From Eledone cirrhosa (lineage: Eukaryota): a stretch of 64,000 nucleotides of DNA. How positions within the stretch are numbered: position 1 is the first letter of the stretch; each line of letters starts with the position of its first letter. The DNA is taken from positions 328,290,001 through 328,354,000 of the forward strand of contig OZ024742.1 of assembly GCA_964016885.1 (NCBI GenBank), written 5' to 3'. This document shows positions 54,400-64,000 of the stretch, in pieces. A program made the position numbers and the translations under genes. Below the pieces are notes generated by a model. That model searched no databases. It saw nothing but the letters and a program-made list of their open reading frames with translations, and had not been told where the DNA came from.

Positions 54400-55530
54400 A
54401 TCTCTCGGGTCATTCTCGCTTCTTTCTCCCACCCTAAATGAAAGAATTCTGGGAAGCAGCACTTCCCCTTCCACCCTGATATTCCTCATCAAGAAGTTAA
54501 TCAGAGCATCACCGAAGAAGAAACTTCCTCTCTTCAGCTCTTTCAGACGCACCCACCTATGACCTCTTTTGCCAGAATCACCAGACAGACTAAAACAGCC
54601 TACTCCTTGGCTACAGAAGGATGGCGTGCAATCTTTACGATGGACTCAGTTGATAGTCAGATCCGTCCTCCTGCAGGTGTTCGACATAAACCCAAAGGTC
54701 AGCAATACATGTCCACTCAATGAACAGCCGGCTGACGGCACTTCTATGCCTGTACAGTTTATCTCGAACCGGCAACGCTCCCCGGTAGCACTGCCAGGCC
54801 AGGGATTTCTGGAAATTATCCATGGGCCCTGGACCGAATGTCCCGTGGAAGAGTATGGCTAATTTACTTTCGTTGATGCCCAGATATTCCCCAAGAACGT
54901 CGTTCCTTTTACCCTCTAAATAGAACGCCAAGGTGGAATTTTCACCGATCGTAGTGCTGATAGTAGTGATTGGGTGGTTGGGGGCAGTGAGCGCTTGATG
55001 AAATTCTAGCCTCTAGCGCTCCCACTCGACCCCCGCTTGACCCAGGACATTATCTCCGTCAAAGAGACGAGCTGGGAAACAACGTGCCTAGCGAATGGCG
55101 ACGACACCTTTTTACCGTTCAGGAAAAGCTGGAGATATCGTACCCTCAGCCACGACATGCCCACCCCCCTCGCAACGAGTGTTGACTGCAAATGGAACGC
55201 CTGACCAGTGGATTGTGACTCTGCCATAAGAAGTTGTAAAACCGACGCTCAAAATTGGTGAGCCGTGAACCGGGGCAAGGCTAGATGGTTAGGCGGTAAT
55301 AGATGACGGACGCAAGATACACGTTCACCCCCTCCACCCGAACTTTCAGGGATTGCTTCCTCTCAGCATATTTCTGGGTGTGAGTAGTCATCCTGCTCGT
55401 CACCTCGACCCAGTTATCGTCCGTCCGGTGGTCTGGACAAAACCAGACTTCGAACAAGTTAGCCGGTCCGTCCGCCCAGCGCCCGACGACGGTGTTGGAC
55501 GAATTGGACCTGTCTCTCCAGGCCCACACA
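54400..55530 (-). pseudogene. Older decayed copy of the Tx1-like LINE
   Basis: FGPGPMDNFQKSLAWQCYRGALPVRDKLYRH is identical to the peptide at 43009-43311; VVGRWADG and EVTSR motifs also present. Confidence 0.85.
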
Positions 55531-56174
55531 CTTTTCCCGTTTAACCTTTGCTCCTGTTGCGATCGATTGGCGGAATTGTTAAAGAGTCGAACTTGATATT
55601 TTTTAGCATTGAATCCTGCTCTGAGTTTTCTGAGTTAAAAATCGCGTCTCATTGTGATAGGAGTTGTGACCAACTAATAATATCAGCAAAGAAAATCCAA
55701 TAACAATGGTTTCCCCAGTCCGATATAATGAACGTCTCATTTCATTACTTTTTACGCTCAAATTACACAACTACAACATATTTTACTTTTCCCGTAAGCA
55801 AATGCATTCGCCGGCTGTTTTTATTAATTATATAATTATTATATATGTTGATTAATTACTGTATAAACATTTGCAGGCTGTAAACGCACAACTCTGTCCC
55901 CTTGCTTCGTTTCACCGTTATTTCTTGTGTTGCCGCTCTTGGCTGGTATATGTATATTTTTGGTCGGGTGTTTAACTATATGTTTGCAGTTGTGTATGTA
56001 CGTCTAGTCGAATTTTTGCCTGATTTACGTGTATGTTAGGGAAATCCCTCACTTCATATCTTCCAGAAAAAATGCTTAATGAATATAGAAATTGTTCCAT
56101 GGCACCACCGAAGAGAGGAGCGTTGCGTACTATTTAGCATATCAGGCTCACTATTGTAAGGTCATGGGTTACAC

Positions 56175-56552
56175 CAGGGTTTCCCAACCCGGGCGATATC
56201 GCGCACGGGTGGGCGATTTCAACTATCGGGTGGGCGATGAATGAATTTTTAGGAAATGGTGAGGGATCTAAAATTTTGGTGGGCGACAAAGGATTTTCGG
56301 TAATTAAGTATGTTATTGATCATATAATGGTCGGTATGCTATAATCACAGAATTCGGATTCGCTCTTCCCTAGTCTAGACTAAGGAAGTAGTATCCAGCT
56401 GTATGAGTGTAATTCATCTGTTTTCATTTTTTAAGCAACCGTTCTGAATAATGCTTTATTTTTGAGTCCTTAAAATTACTGCTCAGGTGGGTGATGGGAA
56501 TTTTTGTGTGTGGAAAAGTGGGCGATAACGACAAAAAGGCTGGGAACCCCTG
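56175..56552. mobile_element. hAT MITE (378 bp)
   Basis: TIRs CAGGGTTTCCCAACC / GGCTGGGAACCCCTG; perfect 8-bp TSD GGTTACAC at 56167-56174 and 56553-56560; subterminal GGGCGA repeats. Confidence 0.9.
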
Positions 56553-58101
56553 GGTTACACCGTCGAACTGACTGGAACATTCAGTCTTTGAGGAAGACAT
56601 TTTGCTTCACAATGCCACAGCAGATACAACTGGAAATAACTTTGAGACGGACTGTCGTTCCTTCCAGTTGCTCAACGTCAATAAAACTGAGATATGATCC
56701 GAGCTGATAAAGCTCTATCCTGGAGAAAGACCTTAAAATCTGAAGACGTGAGGTTGTAAATCTCTACTCAAAAACAAGCCAGCTATATGGTGGTGTGTTG
56801 GCTAGAACATTTCAGCCACCTCAGAAGCCAGTCTAAGCCAGTTGATGCAGCAACTATGAAATATGATGGGAAATGGTTGTCATCCATTACCTTGATGAAC
56901 TAAAGATCTTTATCATAACGTTGCTGTTATAAAATTACAAAACTACAATATTAGAAGAAATATGAGACGAACAAAATCTGCCACCAAACAGATAATTTAG
57001 GGGTAGCAACCCCATGGTGACTAACTGGGTGGAGGTCGAAAGTAGTGGTTCAGAAACCAGTTACATATTAATTTTAAGACAAGTGACATGAACCCCTCTA
57101 ACGATGAAGACACGGCACCACCGTGATTTCTCTTTGCTGTCATTACTAATATAACATCTGGATTACTACCAGAAGGGAAGAGAAAATAGGCAAACCAGCC
57201 TAGGCACTCGTAGCCATTCCAAAACAAAGACATATATGTCTTGCTTGCGAATGAGGTTTGTACACAAAGGAACAACATATGAAAGAGATGTTCATTATCG
57301 AATCGAGGTACACATTATAAGCCTAGAAACGTGTGTGTGCGTATGCACATGTGTGTGAGTAAGTCTGTCTGTGTATGTGTGTATGTATATATATATATAT
57401 ATATATAGAAGTGGTTACACAACAGTTAGTTCACCATACCGAGAACAATTGTTTCACCTTAGCGGATCCTTAGCTCGGAATGGGCATGGTTATAGGAACA
57501 GGAAGGACAACCGTACGAACGCGCATGCGCAGAAACCGGTCACTTCACACAGGCAATACTAGAATGCTTGCGAGAGGTGTAAGGGAGATAACTGCGAAAG
57601 TCCGAAATGTTTTTAGTTGAAAAATAAAATTACAAAGAATCAGTCCGGAGCCTTGTAGGTATGCAATAGGTGTTTAGCAACGTGTGGACAACGTGTTTAG
57701 GCAATCACTATTGCGTAATCTCTTTAGAATAGTTATTCGTCCGTCAATACATAAGCCCACGTCGGATTTCCCCTTGCGTATGGCTTGGACTTAGTGATGG
57801 CTTTCCATTGAATGGAGTAGTCTATACTTGAGTCCCTGAGGGACCATACGTGGCTTGCGATTTTCGTGGATGAACGTCAGTCCGGGTACCTGACGTAGAC
57901 TGGTGGTTCAGGAAACGTTCCTAAAATCGGCCCTCCGCCATGCCCACATAGGATTTGACTTCCTATGGTTCGTTTGGTCGGTTGGAAGTGACCACAGCTT
58001 CGTAAATTACAGCTGGTGTGTTGCATTGCTGTTGAAGGGGGCAAGCTTCAGACTTACGGCAAGAGCACCATGGCGGGGTGTTGCTCCTTCCAGTGTTCCA
58101 C

Positions 58102-58153
<52 letters not shown>

Positions 58154-58189
58154 AAGAATATTTTAGAAATAGCGAGCGAGTTTGAAATT

Positions 58190-58410
58190 AAAAATATAAG
58201 CTATCGCCGTTATTTTGACTAAAGAAATTAAAGAAATTATTTAGCCTGACATTGGGGTTAAGAACCCTCGGAGAAATGAAAAAAAGATGAGTATTGACGT
58301 ACATGGGAGTCAATACTCATCTTTTTCCATTTCTCCGAGGATTCTTAATCCCACTATCAGGCTAAATAATTTCATAATTTCTTTAGTCAAAATACGGAGA
58401 TAGCTTATAT

Positions 58411-58417
<7 letters not shown>
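58190..58417. repeat. Imperfect fold-back (~110-bp arms) between microsatellites
   Basis: AATATAAGCTATC...GATGAGTATTGAC, 10-nt spacer, GTCAATACTCATC...GATAGCTTATATT. Confidence 0.8.
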
Positions 58418-58485
<68 letters not shown>

Positions 58486-58607
58486 GTAGGTTCCGGGTTG
58501 AGTCGGGGATAACCACAGTAAGTAAGGTACTCAATACATGGCAGAGTAAAACATTTTTATTTCATAGAAAGACCTTCTACAGGACTAGTACTGTTTCATT
58601 CAGATGA

Positions 58608-58658
58608 AGCTTCCTGAAGATTTCATCTGAATGAAACAGTACTAGTCCTGTAGAAGCT
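58608..58658 (+). ncRNA. Type-I hammerhead motif within a fold-back element (family B)
   Basis: Stem I AGCTTC/GAAGCT; core CTGAAGA; short stem II TTCA/TGAA with non-canonical closing pair; GAAA; stem III ACAG/CTGT; GTA triplet. 35-bp inverted arms at 58574-58608 / 58622-58656. Family fragments also at ~4510-4550, ~30249-30285 and 59015-59185. Confidence 0.7.
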
Positions 58659-58844
58659 CCTTCTATAAAATAATATATATATATATATATATATAAAGGT
58701 TAAAATAATGGAGCGTGTTGGAGTTAAACACCCTCTTCGTATTATAGAAATGACAGTAAAAGGTATAGCTCAATGTAGTTAAACAGAGCCGAAAAATTAA
58801 GAGAGTAAAACAAAGAAGCCTTCAATACATCAAAAGTCTTTATT

Positions 58845-58885
58845 AGCCGACAATGTTTCGTCCTATTAAGGACTCATCAGGGCAA
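58845..58885 (-). ncRNA. Canonical minimal type-I hammerhead ribozyme (family C)
   Basis: Minus strand GCC-CTGATGA-GTCC-TTAATA-GGAC-GAAAC-ATT-GTC-GGC, immediately followed by TAATAAA. The element ends in (TA)n at ~58695. Confidence 0.85.
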
Positions 58886-59758
58886 TTCAAACAACAAGAA
58901 GTAATAACGGCAGATACAAGCCAGAAGCTCCGAAGAATATGGAGTGTACATATACTAAAGTATTGCAAAAATATATAATAAAAATAATAAAAATATATAA
59001 TGAAAATTACTAAGGATGTAAGGTACTCAATACATAGCAGAGTATAAATATTTAATATAGAAATGGCTTTTACAGGACTAGAACTGTTTCATTCGGGAGA
59101 AACCATCAGGAAGCCGACGCTTTCTGATGATTCCTCCTGATTGAAACAGTTCTAGTGCTGTCGAAGACATTTCTATATTAAATATATATATATATATTTA
59201 CTAGCTGAATTACCCGTGCCTTGTAAGAAAATAATGATTGATTTTAAATCAGTGATATAATTTATGGAGAAAAACTCGGCATTTCAATATTACTCAATGT
59301 AAAATGTAATGCATGAAAAATTGGAAAACATTATTTTTTGTAATATTAAATCAAAATTACGTTAATAAATATTATTCTTATTTTGTTTCGGGGGTAACCA
59401 CAGTAAGTAAGGTACTCAATACAGTTCTTCGAAGAACTGACTGGTTATAATTTTGTATTGGCGATCGAGTAACGTGAAAACAAGCGGATAGCGATATCTA
59501 GACCTACCAGTTCAGAGAAACAATTGTCAGCTGTGAGATTAAAAACCTTTTTTGTATAGCAAACCGTGTCAATCTTCTTTTCTGATTTATTATTACTCCA
59601 AGTGTTTACAACATAGGAATTACAGCGTACTCGCACCATCACTATGAAAACGCCTTGTTGAGTCAAACTTAGCCAAGCGTTGATATCATCCACTACCCGG
59701 AATACCATAACTGGACTACACCTAAGTGGACTGCATATAACTATTATTTGTTACCCCG

Positions 59759-59818
<60 letters not shown>

Positions 59819-59822
59819 TGTA

Positions 59823-59854
<32 letters not shown>

Positions 59855-60414
59855 CGGGGTATGTGTGTGGGTGTGTGTGTGTGCGTGTAATTTATAAAGA
59901 GTGTTTTTGGTAAGAAATATAAGTTAATAATATTGTTATATTTATGGGCCTTGACAAGAAATATATATAGAGTTTAAAATTGTTATGGTATGGTACGATC
60001 GCAGGTGATGGTAAGATATCATTTGAAATAAGAAAGAACTACAAAACTCTATATAATGTATTTCACATAGCACTGTGGAGTAGATGACCTCTGTATACGA
60101 TCGATATTGTAATATCTCACTGTTGGGATGAACTGTAAAGTCACATTTGCTGCAAAATATATGAAATATATTGCTTCCTATGTTTGAAGCTTTGTGTGAA
60201 ATATAAGAATTGCAAATTCAGTCTTTACTGATGATCGAAAGTGATTACTCGAGTGGGAATTGTTAAATAGAAAACAGAAACAAACTTTCAATCCTGACTG
60301 GAAATCGAAAATTTGCAGAGATAATAACGATGAGGGTCTGTACAAGGCGGTGTGTAGATTGATTGGCTGTCAGAGGTAGTGTTAAATCTAGAATATATAT
60401 ATATACATACACAC

Positions 60415-60483
<69 letters not shown>

Positions 60484-62332
60484 TGTTGGTGTGTGGGTGT
60501 GTGGGTGTGTGTGCGCGCGCGAGCGCGTGTGTGTGTATATGCCTGTGTGGGGGGGGGGGGTATTCCTGTGTGTCGGCGAATATGGATGAACATATACTCC
60601 ACATTATTTGATAAATATGTAAAATTATGTTGGTCTCATAAGTCTAAGTAATCCGTTTCCGGGAAGATTCTTGTTTATGTATGGTAAGTGGTTGGATAAG
60701 GTGTTGGTGGTTGAATGGTCTAGGGATTGTTGCATGAGGTGTGCAACTATTTGATACTACTATTTGTAAGTTGAATGCTGGTAATTACTAAGATTCAGGT
60801 AGATGCCTATGAAGGGCACTGGGTCCGTGTTAGTATTCAATGGGATATTCAAGCATGCACTTCAGCCTTCCAACTCAACATTATGGCGCCTATCTCTATA
60901 ATAAAATGTAACTTCAGGAAGAAATCACCACTAGACACTGTTACTTGAACATAATTGAACTTCAAGCAAAACCCCTGAAAAGTATATTCAAACATACCTT
61001 ACACTCCAAAAAAGGTGTTGTTTTTCATACACAGTCCTATAGATAGCTAAATTAATATGATTATATAAAAACCAACAAAAAATACCAAAAGCCCACATAA
61101 AACAGATTTTATGACAAAATGTTATGTTGTTCAAACTAATTCATAAGTATATAGGATATCCGCTGTGTTCAGTGTTCCTGAAATTAACATATAAGTGGCT
61201 CAACATATTACATACACAATTTTCAGAGAGATTCAGCATGAGATTATGTTCCCAGAAACTTTTTGAAATAATGAAATCTAAGGATATTCAATGAAATAAG
61301 CGACAAGAATTAATTATATCTTGCAATCATAGAATTGAAAGAACCTTCAAATATTATAAACCTAATTAATATACACCTTACACTTATATTTTACATATTA
61401 TTATAATTAGTTTTTTTAATTTAGTTAACCTATAATTAGTACTTTACTACAGAGAACTTCATAATTTTATTTCCCTCTTACAGCTCTCTTTTCCTAAAAT
61501 TAATACCTAAAAGTATCCATATAAATTAATTTAATTTCCTGTTATGAATCTAGATTCCTTGTAGTTTATATAAGATTGGTATTTCTCACTACTACCTTTA
61601 TCCCAAAAATGTTTCTTCCTTCGTTTTAATAACATCTAATTCTTTAATAACATCTAATTCTTATTTATCACATCCATATGAAGTAATATAAATTTATCCC
61701 TATAAGTATACCTATCAATTAATTTAATTTCTTGTTATAGATCTAAATTCCTTGTGGTTTAAATAAGATTGGTATTTCTCACTTACCCTAAAATTTTACT
61801 TTCCTTTGTTTTTAACACTATTGTTTAATAACATCAAATGTTCGTGTACCCTTCACCGGCTTGACCTCTTTTCATTCTTTTCATTGAAAGTATTCTTTCC
61901 ATTCAAAATATAAGTCTTTCTACTACTCCTATTCTATCAACTTGACCTCTTACTACTTTTCTATTGGTCAATTCAAAACCTGTTCCCAAACAGACCTATT
62001 ATATTAAATCTTTGTTGTTTTTTTTCAATAAACAAATCTCATCATTTCTGAAGACAGCATATATATGTGAAGATATGCATATTTCCTCTGATAGTTTGTA
62101 ATATTTTTACATAGATCTCTATGATATACATACCAACACACATATATATCCTAGAAACGATCGTAGAATGATGAATTTTTTAATATAAGGAACTTGTTCT
62201 TTGTTTTTATTCATTGTTTTTATTAATTTATATATATATATATATTTAAAACAACAACGGAAGGCCGTACTGGAAGATATGCTGTAAATCTTAATTCCGT
62301 GAAATCACTATATATAATTCAATGGCCCAGCT

Positions 62333-62404
<72 letters not shown>

Positions 62405-62407
<3 letters not shown>

Positions 62408-63239
62408 GTTTCTGAATTTGTTTAGCAAGATTCTTTATCTGAAAAGGTGTGTTGAAACCGATATTGTTATACTTTGGGAGGGTCATGTTGCCAATAAGAA
62501 ACACACGCACCATGCTTTCACTTCAATTTATTATAATAAATTTATAAATTTAGGAATTTATAAATTTACGGTTAGTTGGTTGGTTCCACAACCAGATGGT
62601 TGTTTATATATTGTCAAAGTTCTTTCGTCACACATTATGTGACCTCTTCAGTGACTGGGGATTATTTTCTTTGTTTTTGTGCCTCTCCTTTGTTCTGTCC
62701 TACGCCATCTTGTTTCTGTGTGTGTGTTGTGTGCTCAGTCTGCGCATGCGCCACATTCGGGTGTCTGTGTGTGTTTATATTCGTTTATTTATTTGTTTAT
62801 TTACATGTTACTGGTTGGTTGTTTGTTCTATGTGTGTGTGTGTTTTCATGTTGTCCTTAATTGTAAGTTGTGATGTTGCTGTTCCACTCATATTTTTTAT
62901 TTAATTTTGGTTGTAATTCTTTTATGTTTATTGCCTCTGTGATTTGTCTAAACATTGCGTCTTTTCTGTGTGTAGATTCTATTTTTATTTCTATGTTCTC
63001 TAATTTACCCTTATGTTCTATTTTAGCATGTTGGTAGAGTACAGATGATTCTTTACTATCTTGAAGGTCTCGCCAGTGTTCATTTAATGAACACTGGCGA
63101 GACCTTCAAGATAGTAAAGAATCATCTGTACTCTACCAACACTGGTTTCTTATTGGCAACATAACCCTACCAAAGTATAAGAATATCGGTTTCAACACAC
63201 GTTTTCAGATAAAGAATCTTGCTAAACAAACTTAGAAAC

Positions 63240-63241
<2 letters not shown>
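62405..63241 (-). mobile_element. Family F Penelope-like element with hammerhead, internal perfect hairpin and inverted terminal copy
   Basis: Hammerhead at 62613-62655 (-); perfect 56-bp-arm palindrome 63029-63141; 63145-63241 inverted relative to 62405-62500; (TA)n flanks. Confidence 0.75.
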
Positions 63242-63326
<85 letters not shown>

Positions 63327-63647
63327 GTGAGTTTTTTTTTACAAAATGAAAAATAACCGATGTGTCCTACACGAGTGAAAGTATAAAGAAAAAATGCAAC
63401 TGGAGTCTTATTTTTAAAAAGTATATATATTTATTTGGTTCCTTTACCGGTTTCGCAGTTCTGCTTTTCAAAAGTAGAGTTGAAATGCAGGGTCTGTGGT
63501 TTTTGAAAAACCACAGACCCTCCATCTCAACTCTCTCTCTATATATGTGTGTGTGTATATATATCGTCAGTAATCCAGAAACCTTTGGTAATGGAGTAGT
63601 TATATTTTGTGTTGTTCACTCTCTAGTTATATGTATATATATATATA

Positions 63648-64000
63648 AATATTGTTATACTTTGGGAGGGTCATGTTGCCAATAAGAAACACACGCACCA
63701 GTTGCTTTCACTTCAATTTATTATATATTTATAAATTTATAAATTTACAAATCTACAAACTTATAACTTTCTGGTTGGTTGGTTGGTTCCACAACCAGAT
63801 AGTTGTTTATATATATAGTCATAGTCCTTTCGTCACACACTCTGTGACCTCTTCAGTGACTGGGGATTCCTTTCTTCGTTTCTGTGCCTTTTGTTTCTTC
63901 CATCCTACGCCATTTTGTCTCTGTGTGTGTGTTGTGTGCTCAGTTTGCGCATGTGCCACATCCGGGTGTCTGTGTGTGTTTGTGTTCATTTTTCTATTTG
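63648..64000 (-). mobile_element. Family F element (runs off the window end)
   Basis: Similar to 62460-62800. Hammerhead at 63818-63860 (-) with CTA triplet. Confidence 0.75.

Noticed and set aside
60850-62070. Possible decayed CR1/L2 endonuclease region on the - strand, with a ~190-bp internal duplication
   Set aside because: Only faint peptide hints (FNIIGL); too degenerate to call without a search.

Overview
This is AT-rich eukaryotic DNA saturated with microsatellites ((TA)n, (CA)n, (TAA)n, (CAT)n, (CTT)n, (TGTA)n). I found no recognisable host protein-coding exon. The repeat repertoire suggests a cephalopod (Octopus-like) intergenic or intronic region; that assignment is inference. The only intact long coding sequence is a 1130-aa R4/Dong-clade non-LTR retrotransposon ORF (RT, CCHC knuckle and restriction-like endonuclease; 38908-42300) lying between (TAA)n tracts, tail-to-tail with a frameshifted L1/Tx1-clade LINE. 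Also present: truncated Dong, Tx1 and RTE copies, tRNA-derived SINEs, a decayed hAT-like transposase, hAT, Tc1 and Tigger-type MITEs, a Helitron-like 3' end, and tandem arrays of 69, 12 and ~57-63 bp. The signal the ORF track does not explain is a set of about 15 type-I hammerhead-ribozyme motifs from at least 8 apparently unrelated short non-coding families. They sit beside (TA)n tracts, are often followed by AATAAA, and often have an inverted (fold-back) partner copy, which is the architecture of non-autonomous Penelope-like or retrozyme-like elements. All RNA folds were read by eye and family names rest on motif recognition, not on database searches. Most ORFs in the track are microsatellite read-through artefacts.
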